Source: a virus (lineage: Duplodnaviria; Heunggongvirae; Uroviricota; Caudoviricetes). From it: a stretch of DNA of 41,135 nucleotides. A program made the position numbers and the translations under genes. This document shows positions 28,694 through 38,059 of this stretch, piece by piece. Below the pieces are notes generated by a model. That model was not told the DNA's origin, searched no databases, and saw only the letters and a list, made by a program, of their open reading frames with translations. The stretch covers positions 1 through 41,135 of the IMG/VR virus record IMGVR_UViG_2909246061_000001; one strand, given 5' to 3'. Position 1 is the stretch's first letter; each line of letters opens with the position of its first letter.

Positions 28694-30093
28694 GCACAAA
28701 ATTTTATACCCTGCTGACGGATATTGGCGCGGCGAAACTTGCCAGCGCCGCCGCGCTCGGTGTGCCGCTAAAAATTACCCATATGGCGGTCGGCGATGGC
28801 GGCGGAGTATTGCCAACGCCAGACTCAAAGCAGACTGCACTGGTAAATGAGAAACGCCGGGCTGCGCTGAATATGCTCTATATCGACCCGCAGAACAGCA
28901 GCCAGATTATTGCCGAACAGGTGATCCCTGAAAACGAGGGCGGTTGGTGGATACGTGAAGTGGGCTTGTTTGATGAGTCCGGGGCATTGATTGCCGTGGG
29001 CAACTGCCCGGAAAGCTATAAGCCGCAACTGGCTGAAGGTAGCGGGCGCACTCAGACCGTGCGCATGGTGCTGATTACCAGCAGCACGGACAATATCACC
29101 CTGAAAATCGACCCTGCCGTAGTGCTGGCAACCCGCAAGTATGTGGATGACAAGGCACTGGAGCTGAAGGTGTACGCGGATGATCAGATGGCAAAACATC
29201 TTGCCGCACCGGACCCGCATTCACAGTATGCACCCAAAGAAAGTCCGACGTTTACCGGGGCACCCAAAGCGCCAACGCCAGCCGCAGGGAATAACACCAC
29301 GCAGATTGCGACCACCGCGTTTGTTCAGGCGGCTCTGACGGCTCTTATTAATGGTGCGCCAGCCACGCTGGACACGCTGAAAGAAATAGCCGCAGCCATT
29401 AACAATGATCCGAAATTCAGTACCACCATTAACAATGCGTTGGCACTGAAAGCGCCGCTGTCGAGTCCGGCACTCACCGGAACGCCAACCGCACCTACTG
29501 CGGCACAGTCGGTCAACAATACACAGATTGCCACCACGGCATTTGTGAAATCGGCGATTGCGGCAATGGTGGGTTCTGCACCTGCGGCACTGGATACACT
29601 GAATGAACTGGCTGCGGCGCTGGGGAATGACCCGAACTTTGCCACGACAATGCTTAATGCGCTGGCAGGTAAACAACCGCTGGACAATACGCTGACTAAT
29701 TTGAGTGGAAAGGATGTAGCTGGTCTTCTCGCATACCTTGGTTTGGGAGAAGGTTCGGCATTACCCGTTGGTGTGCCTGTTCCGTGGCCCTCAGCCACTC
29801 CGCCAACAGGCTGGCTGAAATGCAATGGTGCGGCTTTTTCTGCTGAAGAATACCCGGAACTGGCAAAGGCTTACCAGACCAATAAATTGCCTGATTTACG
29901 CGGTGAATTTATTCGTGGCTGGGATGACGGTCGCGGGATTGATACTGGTCGCGCTTTGCTTAATTGGCAGCCACACACAATTTTGGACCATGCACACTAT
30001 ATGGAATTATGGACAGGGGACGGACTCGCCGCAGGAAGTGCACGGGAAGGAGTAAACCCAGGAATACTGGCTACATACGGTGACGGGGAATAG
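28690..30093 (+). CDS. H: tail fibre protein H; variable C-terminal part lies in an invertible segment and is frame-disrupted in this orientation
   Basis: N-terminal P2 H-like region; stop at 30091..30093; the canonical tail-fibre C-terminus [16 protein letters not shown] is encoded in the -1 frame (30084..30245) and ends with an ATGA overlap on the tfa start. Confidence 0.8.
   Translation: MSTKFYTLLTDIGAAKLASAAALGVPLKITHMAVGDGGGVLPTPDSKQTALVNEKRRAALNMLYIDPQNSSQIIAEQVIPENEGGWWIREVGLFDESGALIAVGNCPESYKPQLAEGSGRTQTVRMVLITSSTDNITLKIDPAVVLATRKYVDDKALELKVYADDQMAKHLAAPDPHSQYAPKESPTFTGAPKAPTPAAGNNTTQIATTAFVQAALTALINGAPATLDTLKEIAAAINNDPKFSTTINNALALKAPLSSPALTGTPTAPTAAQSVNNTQIATTAFVKSAIAAMVGSAPAALDTLNELAAALGNDPNFATTMLNALAGKQPLDNTLTNLSGKDVAGLLAYLGLGEGSALPVGVPVPWPSATPPTGWLKCNGAAFSAEEYPELAKAYQTNKLPDLRGEFIRGWDDGRGIDTGRALLNWQPHTILDHAHYMELWTGDGLAAGSAREGVNPGILATYGDGE
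29726..29751. repeat. left crossover site of the tail-fibre inversion system (hix/gix-like, 26 bp)
   Basis: ttctcgcataccttggtttgggagaa; its right half matches the reverse complement of the site at 31529..31554 (ttggtttgggagaa against ttggttttggagaa); inside H at codons LAYLGLGEG. Confidence 0.5.
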
Positions 30094-30241
30094 TTAAAAC
30101 GGACGAACCCGGTCTTAAGGTGCCTTCCTCACTACGAGCTCTTAGCTCTCGTAGTGTTAAACGTTATGGTGAAATTAGTGGAAATGTAGGTACAGAAACT
30201 CGTCCTCGTAACATCGCTTTTAATTATATTGTGAGGGCCGC

Positions 30242-30847
30242 ATGATGAATAAAGCTGTATTAAATAGCGAACTCATTGCCATAAAAGCGGGAGACATTAT
30301 CATTTATAATTATGATGGTGAAACGCGGGAATATATTTCTACATCAACTGAATATCTCGCTGTCGGCGTCGGTATCCCGGCATGTTCCTGTTTGGATGCA
30401 CCAGGTATACATAAAGCTGGTTATGCAATCTGTCGCTCTGTAGATTTAAATTCATGGGAATATGTGCCAGACCATCGCGGTGAAGTTGTCTATAGTACCG
30501 AAACGGGAGATACCAGAGAAATCACAGTTCCGGGTGATTACCCTGAAAATACAACCACTATCGCCCCATTAACGCCATACGATAAATGGGATGGTGAGAA
30601 ATGGGTGACCGATACTGAGGCACAGCATAGCGCCGCAGTAGAAGCGGCAGAAGCACAGCGCCAGTCACTGATTGATGCAGCAATGGCTTCCATTAGTCTG
30701 ATTCAGCTGAAATTACAGGCCGGGCGGAAACTGACGCAGGCAGAAACAACCCGGCTTAACGCTGTGCTGGATTACATTGACGCGGTGACGGCAACAGATC
30801 CCAGCACCGCGCCGGATGTCATCTGGCCTGAACTGCCGGAGGCGTAG
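30242..30847 (+). CDS. tail fibre assembly protein (Tfa, P2 gpG-like)
   Basis: C-terminal …[14 protein letters not shown] typical of Tfa; start overlaps the restored end of H. Confidence 0.8.
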   Translation: MMNKAVLNSELIAIKAGDIIIYNYDGETREYISTSTEYLAVGVGIPACSCLDAPGIHKAGYAICRSVDLNSWEYVPDHRGEVVYSTETGDTREITVPGDYPENTTTIAPLTPYDKWDGEKWVTDTEAQHSAAVEAAEAQRQSLIDAAMASISLIQLKLQAGRKLTQAETTRLNAVLDYIDAVTATDPSTAPDVIWPELPEA

Positions 30848-31247
30848 GCCATTCAATATCGGGTGCTGTTGAAGTATCAACACGCATCAGCAGCACTCGG
30901 TATTTCTTCCATTCGGTGAGAGTTGAAGTTTCTTCATCAGTTGCGATATCAGCATCAACAGCATCCTGACGCCAGGATATTTCACTGTCAGCTTTTTCCC
31001 GTAATTGGGATTTTTTAACTTCAGCAATAGCTATTAATTCCTTTTGGGTCGGCTGAGGAATATCTATCAGTGCTGGTTTTCCATTCAGTGTTCCAATCTG
31101 TTTTCCTGGTGGAATATCCATAAATAACTTTTTATGTTCTTCCTCACTGACTATTACACCATCATCAGGCCACAGACCTGATGCCTCAAATTTTTCTTTC
31201 TCCGATATGGGGAAAAAGCCATTTGCTTTAGCGCTCCATACGTACAT
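30819..31247 (-). CDS. alternative tail fibre assembly protein (Tfa') in the invertible segment
   Basis: opposite strand; C-terminal …[14 protein letters not shown] typical of Tfa. Confidence 0.75.
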   Translation of the reverse strand: MYVWSAKANGFFPISEKEKFEASGLWPDDGVIVSEEEHKKLFMDIPPGKQIGTLNGKPALIDIPQPTQKELIAIAEVKKSQLREKADSEISWRQDAVDADIATDEETSTLTEWKKYRVLLMRVDTSTAPDIEWPTPPAVQAR

Positions 31248-31372
31248 ATCAATACCCCACCGCTATAATGTCCACATTAAATCCCCGGGACCTGCCTGCC
31301 AGATGCTGGCCCCTGTTAATGATTTTGTTTGATGAACAACCGCCACATTTGCTGGCGATTGTGTTTCAGTTG

Positions 31373-31541
31373 TTACAGTACCGATATCATTCCAGTTAAT
31401 TGAGATGGAATAGTTCGTTGTTGTAAACGACCGGGGAAAGTTATGTGTCTTACATTGGTGCCAACAGGAAATCCAAGATAAACACGCTGAATTATCATTC
31501 CTCCAGGTAACATAACCCAGTTAGCACCTTCTCCAAAACCA
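31373..31541 (-). other. alternative tail-fibre C-terminal segment (Hv'), fused to H after inversion; short and possibly degenerate
   Basis: minus-strand frame encodes …INVGFGEGANW…, sharing the G(L/F)GEG junction with H at the crossover site. Confidence 0.45.
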
Positions 31542-31554
31542 ACGTTTATAAAAA
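31529..31554. repeat. right crossover site of the tail-fibre inversion system (hix/gix-like, 26 bp)
   Basis: ttctccaaaaccaacgtttataaaaa resembles hixL TTCTTGAAAACCAAGGTTTTTGATAA; inverted relative to the 29726 site; just upstream of the invertase gene. Confidence 0.5.
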
Positions 31555-31609
31555 TGCAGAGATAACGGCTAACTGGCATCATCCCCGGTTTTTATTCAGG
31601 GGATTGATC

Positions 31610-32176
31610 ATGCTTATTGGCTATGTACGCGTGTCAACAAATGACCAGAACACCGATTTGCAACGTAATGCACTGAACTGCGCGGGATGTGAGCGGATTT
31701 TTGAGGACAAAATCAGTGGCACTAAGTCCGACAGACCGGGACTGAAAAAACTGCTCAGGACATTATCGGCAGGTGACACTCTGGTTGTCTGGAAGCTGGA
31801 CAGGTTGGGGCGCAGTATGCGGCATCTCGTTACGCTGATAGAAGAGCTGCGCCAGCGTGGCGTGAATTTCCGAAGCCTGACTGACAGTATTGATACCAGT
31901 ACCCCAATGGGCCGTTTCTTTTTTCATGTCATGGGTGCCTTGGCTGAAATGGAACGCGAACTGATAGTTGAACGTACCAGGGCGGGGATTGCTGCAGCTC
32001 GCGACAAAGGCAGAGTAGGTGGACGCCGTCCTAAGTTGACCACCGAACAGTGGGCACAGATTGGACGTTTACTAGAGGCCGGAGAATCAAGACAGCGTAT
32101 TGCACTGATTTTTGATGTGGGCGTTTCTACCATTTATAGAAAATTTCCGGCAAATAAGAGCAGTGAATCCCCCTGA
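31610..32176 (+). CDS. site-specific DNA invertase, Hin/Gin/Cin/Pin family serine recombinase
   Basis: MLIGYVRVSTNDQNTDLQRNAL…VVWKLDRLGRSMRHL…C-terminal HTH; nearly identical N-terminus to e14 Pin. Confidence 0.9.
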   Translation: MLIGYVRVSTNDQNTDLQRNALNCAGCERIFEDKISGTKSDRPGLKKLLRTLSAGDTLVVWKLDRLGRSMRHLVTLIEELRQRGVNFRSLTDSIDTSTPMGRFFFHVMGALAEMERELIVERTRAGIAAARDKGRVGGRRPKLTTEQWAQIGRLLEAGESRQRIALIFDVGVSTIYRKFPANKSSESP

Positions 32177-32318
32177 ATCAGCATAATTTTGATTATCCCT
32201 GCAAGTAGACAAATACCGTCATTTTGTGTGAATAACGGTACAACTATACTTAGCTGTTTGTCGGGCACAATCACTTCAACATAGGGCGAAGCCTAATCCA
32301 ATCAGGAGGTTCGCCGCT

Positions 32319-33491
32319 ATGGCTCAGGATTACCACCACGGGGTGCGCGTTGTTGAAATCAACGAAGGCACCCGATCCATTACCACGGTGAGCACCGCCA
32401 TCGTGGGTATGGTTTGCACAGGCGATGATGCCGATGCAAAAATGTTTCCTCTTAATAAACCCGTGCTGATCACTGATGTGCTGACTGCCAGCGGTAAAGC
32501 GGGTGAGTCAGGCACGCTGGCTCGTTCGCTGGATGCCATCGCTGACCAGGCAAAACCCGTGACCGTTGTTGTGCGTGTGCCGCAGGGTGAAACGGAAGAA
32601 GAAACCACGACCAATATCATCGGAGCAGTGACCGCTGAAGGTAAAAAAACAGGCATGAAAGCCCTGTTATCTGCCCAGTCACAGCTCGGCGTTAAACCGC
32701 GCATTCTCGGCGTGCCAGGTCACGACACGAAGGCGGTAGCTACTGAGTTGCTGAGCGTGGCGCAAAGCCTGCGTGGATTTGCTTACCTGTCAGCGTATGG
32801 TTGCAAGACGGTGCAGGAAGCAATCACTTACCGTGAAAACTTCAGTCAGCGTGAAGGAATGCTGATCTGGCCCGACTTTACTGGCTGGGACACGGTGCTG
32901 AATGCCGAAGCAACGGCTTATGCCACCGCCCGTGCGCTTGGTCTGCGCGCCAAAATTGACGAGCAGACCGGATGGCACAAAAGCCTGTCCAACGTGGGCG
33001 TTAACGGTGTCACCGGAATTTCTGCTGATGTGTTCTGGGATCTGCAGGACCCGGCAACCGATGCGGGACTGCTGAACCAGAACGACGTCACCACCCTTAT
33101 CCGCAAAGACGGTTTTCGCTTCTGGGGTTCCCGCTGCCTGAGTGATGACCCGCTCTTTGCCTTCGAAAACTACACCCGCACGGCGCAGGTGCTGACGGAC
33201 ACGATGGCAGAAGCGCACATGTGGGCGGTGGATAAACCGCTGAATCCGTCGCTGGCCCGCGACATTATCGAGGGTATCCGCGCCAAAATGCGCAGCCTGG
33301 TCAGTCAGGGCTATCTCATTGGTGGTGATTGCTGGCTGGATGAGTCGGTGAACGACAAAGACACGCTGAAAGCCGGAAAACTCACCATCGACTACGACTA
33401 CACGCCAGTGCCGCCACTTGAAAACCTGATGCTGCGTCAGCGCATCACCGATCAGTACCTGGTGAATTTCTCCAGCCAGGTCAGCGCGTAA
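32319..33491 (+). CDS. FI: tail sheath protein (P2 gpFI)
   Basis: 390 aa, P2 FI size and position. Confidence 0.9.
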   Translation: MAQDYHHGVRVVEINEGTRSITTVSTAIVGMVCTGDDADAKMFPLNKPVLITDVLTASGKAGESGTLARSLDAIADQAKPVTVVVRVPQGETEEETTTNIIGAVTAEGKKTGMKALLSAQSQLGVKPRILGVPGHDTKAVATELLSVAQSLRGFAYLSAYGCKTVQEAITYRENFSQREGMLIWPDFTGWDTVLNAEATAYATARALGLRAKIDEQTGWHKSLSNVGVNGVTGISADVFWDLQDPATDAGLLNQNDVTTLIRKDGFRFWGSRCLSDDPLFAFENYTRTAQVLTDTMAEAHMWAVDKPLNPSLARDIIEGIRAKMRSLVSQGYLIGGDCWLDESVNDKDTLKAGKLTIDYDYTPVPPLENLMLRQRITDQYLVNFSSQVSA

Positions 33492-33500
33492 GGGGACAAC

Positions 33501-34016
33501 ATGGCTTTACCACGCAAATTAAAACACCTGAACCTGTTTAATGACGGGAACAACTGGCAGGGGATCGTTGAGTCGCTGACGCTGCCGAAATTTACCCGCA
33601 AATATGAGAAGTATCGCGGCGGCGGAATGCCGGGTGCAGTGGATGTGGATCTGGGGCTGGATGACGGCGCACTGGATACGGAATTTTCCATTGGTGGTAC
33701 TGAACTGCTGCTGTTTAAGCAGATGGGCAAAGCCACGGTGGATGGTATCCAGTTGCGCTTTACCGGCTCTATCCAGCGTGACGATACCGGGGAAGTGCAG
33801 GCCGTGGAGCTTGTGGTGCGTGGACGTCACAAAGAAGTGGATTCCGGCGAGTGGAAGACGGGCGAAAGCAACACCACCAAAGTGACCAGTACCAACAGCT
33901 ACGCGAAGCTGACTATAAATGGTGAGGTGCTCTATGAAGTGGACCTTATCAACATGGTGGAAATTGTGGACGGTGTGGACCTGATGGAAGCGCACCGCAA
34001 CGCCCTCGGCCTCTGA
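33501..34016 (+). CDS. FII: tail tube protein (P2 gpFII)
   Basis: 171 aa, P2 FII size and position. Confidence 0.9.
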   Translation: MALPRKLKHLNLFNDGNNWQGIVESLTLPKFTRKYEKYRGGGMPGAVDVDLGLDDGALDTEFSIGGTELLLFKQMGKATVDGIQLRFTGSIQRDDTGEVQAVELVVRGRHKEVDSGEWKTGESNTTKVTSTNSYAKLTINGEVLYEVDLINMVEIVDGVDLMEAHRNALGL

Positions 34017-34070
34017 TGTATCTGAACGGCGCGGGATACCGCGCCAGAACCCAATTTACAGGACAGCAAA

Positions 34071-34373
34071 ATGAGCGATAAGCAGACTGAAAAGACTATT
34101 CAACTGGATACCCCCATCAAGCGCGGTAAAACAGAAATCACCGAAATTGTGCTGCGTAAACCGCAGTCCGGTGCGCTGCGCGGTACACGCCTGCAGGCCA
34201 TTATGGATATGGATGTGAACGCGATGATGACCGTGATCCCCCGCATCTCCAGTCCGGCACTGACTGCACAGGAAATTGCAGAGATGGACCCGGCAGATCT
34301 CACTGCCATGTCGGTTGAGGTTGTCACTTTTTTGTTGAAGAAGTCGGTGCTTGCCGGTTTACCGACAGCCTGA
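34071..34373 (+). CDS. E: tail assembly chaperone E; an E+E' product would extend to about 34507 by -1 frameshift at TTTTTTG (34328..34334)
   Basis: slippery heptamer TTTTTTG near the 3' end of E; the -1 frame stays open until it overlaps the T start. Confidence 0.75.
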   Translation: MSDKQTEKTIQLDTPIKRGKTEITEIVLRKPQSGALRGTRLQAIMDMDVNAMMTVIPRISSPALTAQEIAEMDPADLTAMSVEVVTFLLKKSVLAGLPTA

Positions 34374-34499
34374 CGGTTGACGATCTGGTGGCTGATATCG
34401 CCACCATCTTTCACTGGCCGCCATCCGTTACTGACGTTATGCCGCTGACCGAAGTGCTGGAATGGCGGTATAAAGCGATTCAGAGAAGCGGGGCCAACG

Positions 34500-37400
34500 A
34501 TGAGTGATAATAACCTGCGCCTGCAGGTCATTCTTAATGCGGTTGACAAACTCACCCGCCCATTCCGTGCTGCACAGGCCAGTTCGAAAGAGCTGGCTGG
34601 CGCAATCAGAAACTCCCGTGACGCATTAAAGCAACTCAATCAGGCGGGTAACAGCCTGGAAAAATTTCGCAAGCTGCAGGCCGATAACAAGAAGTTAGGC
34701 GACAGGCTGAACTATGCCAGACAGAAGGCTAATTTGCTTAGCTCTGAGCTGGAGTCGATGGAACAACCATCACAACGGCACCTTGTGGCTTTAGGTCGGC
34801 AAACGCTGGCAGTCCAACGCCTGGAAGAACAACAAAAATATTTGCAGAAGCAAACGGCGCTTGTGCGTGCAGAACTGTACCGGGCGGGAATTTCTGCGAA
34901 AGATGATGCGGGAGCAACTGCCCGTTTAGCCCGTGAAACATCACGTTATAACCAGGAATTGTCGAAACAGGAGGCGCGGCTGAAGCGACTGGGTGAAGCT
35001 CAGCGCAGGATGAATGCGGCGCGTGCCAGTTATGCCCGTTCGCTGGAGGTGCGCGATCGTATTGCAGGAGCCGGAGCCACTACCACGGCTGCAGGGCTGG
35101 CAATGGGGACGCCAGTGATGGCGGCAGTAAAAAGCTATACCAGCATGGAAGATGCCATGAAAGGTGTGGCAAAGCAGGTCAATGGTCTGCGTGACGATAA
35201 TGGAAACCGTACTGCACGTTTTTATGAAATGCAGGATGCCATCAAGGCTGCCAGCGAACAGTTGCCGATGGAAAACGGTGCGGTGGACTTCGCTGCACTG
35301 GTTGAAGGTGGTGCGCGCATGAACGTCGCAGACCCTGACGACAGCTGGGAAGACCAGAAACGTGACCTGCTGGCCTTCGCCAGTACGGCAGCAAAGGCGG
35401 CAACAGCCTTTGAGCTGCCAGCGGATGAACTGTCAGAAAGTCTGGGGAAAATCGCCCAGCTCTACAAAATACCTACCCGCAATATTGAACAGCTCGGCGA
35501 TGCGCTGAACTATCTGGATGATAACGCCATGTCGAAAGGGGCGGACATCATTGATGTGATGCAACGTCTGGGCGGTGTGGCTGACCGTCTGGATTATCGT
35601 AAAGCGGCGGCACTGGGTTCCACCTTTCTGACACTGGGCGCTGCGCCGGAGGTTGCAGCCAGTGCAGCAAACGCGATGGTGCGTGAATTGTCCATTGCCA
35701 CCATGCAAAGCAAGAGTTTCTTTGAAGGGATGAATCTGCTGAAACTCAATCCTGAAGTGATTGAAAAGCAGATGACGAAGGATGCGATGGGAACCATCCA
35801 GCGCGTACTGGAGAAGGTGAACGCACTGCCGCAGGATAAGCGCCTGTCTGCCATGACCATGTTGTTTGGTAAAGAGTTTGGCGATGACGCGGCGAAACTG
35901 GCAAACAACCTGCCGGAACTGCAGCGCCAGCTAAAACTGACAGCGGGCAATGATGCGCTCGGCTCCATGCAGAAAGAATCCGACATTAACAAGGACTCAC
36001 TTTCTGCGCAGTGGTTGCTGGTCAAAACCGGAGCACAGAACACCTTCAGCAGCCTGGGTGAAACGCTGCGCCAGCCGCTGATGGATATTCTTTACACGGT
36101 GAAAAGCGTCACGGGGGCGTTGCGTCGCTGGGTGGAAGCTAACCCGGAACTGACAGGCACACTGATGAAAGTAGCGGCTGTTGTGGCTGCGGTTACCGTA
36201 GGCCTAGGCACCTTAGCGGTGGCGCTGGCTGCAGTGCTGGGGCCGCTGGCAGTGATCCGTCTGGGATTCTCTGTGCTGGGTATCAAAACGTTACCTTCCG
36301 TTACGGCAGCAGTAACTCGAACCAGCAACGCATTGTCCTGGTTGGCTGGCGCTCCACTGGCACTGCTGCGACGCGGGCTTGCTTCATCGGGCAACGCCGC
36401 AGGTTTACTTACTGCGCCGTTGTCGTCTTTGCGCCGCACGGCATCACTGACGGGAAATGTCCTGAAAACTGTAGCAGGTGCGCCAGTTGCACTTTTGCGG
36501 TCTGGATTATCCGGTTTACGTGCTGTTGCTGTGATGTTTATGAATCCTCTGGCGGTACTGCGCGGTGGACTGGCAGCCGCAGGCGCGGTGCTGCGAGTGC
36601 TTGCATCTGGTCCGCTGGCGATGCTGCGCGTTGCCCTATATGCCATATCTGGTCTGTTAGGTGCTCTGCTCAGTCCGATAGGTCTTGTGGTTACTGCACT
36701 GGCGGGCGTGGCGCTGGTTGTCTGGAAATACTGGCAACCCATCACCGCATTTCTCGCTGGTGTGGTGGAAGGATTCAAAGCGGCGGCAGGTCCCATCAGT
36801 GCAGCATTCGAACCACTTAAGCCTGTGTTTCAGTGGATTGGCGACAAAGTGCAGGCGTTGTGGGGCTGGTTTACTGATCTGCTGACTCCCGTTAAGTCGA
36901 CCTCTGCCGAACTGCAGAGCGCAGCGGCAATGGGGCGACGATTCGGGGAGGCACTGGCGGAAGGGCTGAATATGGTCATGCATCCGCTGGACTCCCTGAA
37001 ATCCGGCGTTTCCTGGTTGCTGGAGAAACTCGGCATTGTCAGTAAAGAGGCTGCAAAGGCGAAACTGCCGGAAAGAGTGACGCGTCAGCAATCTGCGACG
37101 GTGAATGCAGACGGTAAAGTGATGATGCCATCGGGTGGTTTTCCGTCATGGGGATATGGCTTTGCGGGGATGTATGACAGCGGCGGCTATATCCCGCGCG
37201 GGCAGTTTGGCATCGTCGGTGAAAACGGGCCGGAAATTGTTAACGGCCCGGCAAATGTGACCAGCCGGAGAAATACAGCTGCACTGGCTGCCGTTGTTGC
37301 CGGAATGATGGGCGTTGCTGCCGCGCCTGCAGAGCTTCCACCGTTGCATCCTTTGGCACTTCCCGCGAAAGGCGGCGAAGCGATGGTGAGTCGTGCAGCC

Positions 37401-37577
37401 ACTGTGCCGCCCGTTCACCGGATTGAGGCACCGACGCAGATCATCATTCAGACGCAGCCAGGACAAAGTGCGCAGGATATTGCGCGGGAGGTGGCACGCC
37501 AGCTTGATGAACGTGAACGCAGGCTGAAGGCAAAAGCCAGGAGTAACTACAGCGATCAGGGGGGATACGACGCATGA
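34500..37577 (+). CDS. T: tail tape measure protein (P2 gpT)
   Basis: 1025 aa; coiled-coil N-terminal half; internal repeats; position between E/E' and U. Confidence 0.85.
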   Translation: MSDNNLRLQVILNAVDKLTRPFRAAQASSKELAGAIRNSRDALKQLNQAGNSLEKFRKLQADNKKLGDRLNYARQKANLLSSELESMEQPSQRHLVALGRQTLAVQRLEEQQKYLQKQTALVRAELYRAGISAKDDAGATARLARETSRYNQELSKQEARLKRLGEAQRRMNAARASYARSLEVRDRIAGAGATTTAAGLAMGTPVMAAVKSYTSMEDAMKGVAKQVNGLRDDNGNRTARFYEMQDAIKAASEQLPMENGAVDFAALVEGGARMNVADPDDSWEDQKRDLLAFASTAAKAATAFELPADELSESLGKIAQLYKIPTRNIEQLGDALNYLDDNAMSKGADIIDVMQRLGGVADRLDYRKAAALGSTFLTLGAAPEVAASAANAMVRELSIATMQSKSFFEGMNLLKLNPEVIEKQMTKDAMGTIQRVLEKVNALPQDKRLSAMTMLFGKEFGDDAAKLANNLPELQRQLKLTAGNDALGSMQKESDINKDSLSAQWLLVKTGAQNTFSSLGETLRQPLMDILYTVKSVTGALRRWVEANPELTGTLMKVAAVVAAVTVGLGTLAVALAAVLGPLAVIRLGFSVLGIKTLPSVTAAVTRTSNALSWLAGAPLALLRRGLASSGNAAGLLTAPLSSLRRTASLTGNVLKTVAGAPVALLRSGLSGLRAVAVMFMNPLAVLRGGLAAAGAVLRVLASGPLAMLRVALYAISGLLGALLSPIGLVVTALAGVALVVWKYWQPITAFLAGVVEGFKAAAGPISAAFEPLKPVFQWIGDKVQALWGWFTDLLTPVKSTSAELQSAAAMGRRFGEALAEGLNMVMHPLDSLKSGVSWLLEKLGIVSKEAAKAKLPERVTRQQSATVNADGKVMMPSGGFPSWGYGFAGMYDSGGYIPRGQFGIVGENGPEIVNGPANVTSRRNTAALAAVVAGMMGVAAAPAELPPLHPLALPAKGGEAMVSRAATVPPVHRIEAPTQIIIQTQPGQSAQDIAREVARQLDERERRLKAKARSNYSDQGGYDA

Positions 37578-38059
37578 TGATGGTGCTGGGATTGTACGTG
37601 TTTATGCTGCGCACCGTTCCGTATCAGGAACTGCAGTATCAACGCAGCTGGCGACATGCGTCAAACAGCCGGGTAAACCGTCGTCCGTCCACGCAGTTTC
37701 TGGGACCGGACAACGACATGCTGACGCTTTCCGGTGTTCTTATGCCGGAGATAACAGGCGGCAGGCTGTCGTTGCTGGCACTGGAGCAGATGGCAGAACA
37801 GGGGAAAGCATGGCCCCTGATTGAAGGTAGCGGCACGATTTACGGCATGTATGTGATTGAGGGACTGAATCAGACTAAAACGGAGTTTTTCCGCGACGGT
37901 ATGCCGCGCAGGATTGAGTTCACCCTGTCGCTAAAACGGGTGGATGAATCCCTGTCCGATATGTTCGGTGATCTCAGTACTCAACTGAATAATCTGCAGG
38001 ACACGGCAACGTCTGCCTTAAGCGATATCAGTAAAACGGTGGGAGGGCTGGTGTCGTGA
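37574..38059 (+). CDS. U: tail protein U (P2 gpU)
   Basis: 161 aa, P2 U size and position. Confidence 0.85.
   Translation: MMMVLGLYVFMLRTVPYQELQYQRSWRHASNSRVNRRPSTQFLGPDNDMLTLSGVLMPEITGGRLSLLALEQMAEQGKAWPLIEGSGTIYGMYVIEGLNQTKTEFFRDGMPRRIEFTLSLKRVDESLSDMFGDLSTQLNNLQDTATSALSDISKTVGGLVS

Noticed and set aside
31248-31372. Second frame break at the end of the alternative tail-fibre segment Hv'
   Set aside because: An open frame continues to 1 nt before the Tfa' start, but its translation lacks the canonical tail-fibre C-terminal motif, so I cannot support a frameshift; the region may simply be degenerate.
36300-36700. Repetitive DNA in the tape measure gene as a possible CRISPR-like array
   Set aside because: The repeats are in-frame codon repeats inside a long ORF, imperfect at the nucleotide level and without unique spacers. 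I found no CRISPR array anywhere in the window.
36092-36796. 234-aa ORF on the minus strand inside the tape measure gene
   Set aside because: Antisense to a well-supported long structural gene in GC-rich DNA; Ala/Arg/Pro-rich low-complexity translation typical of a spurious antisense frame.
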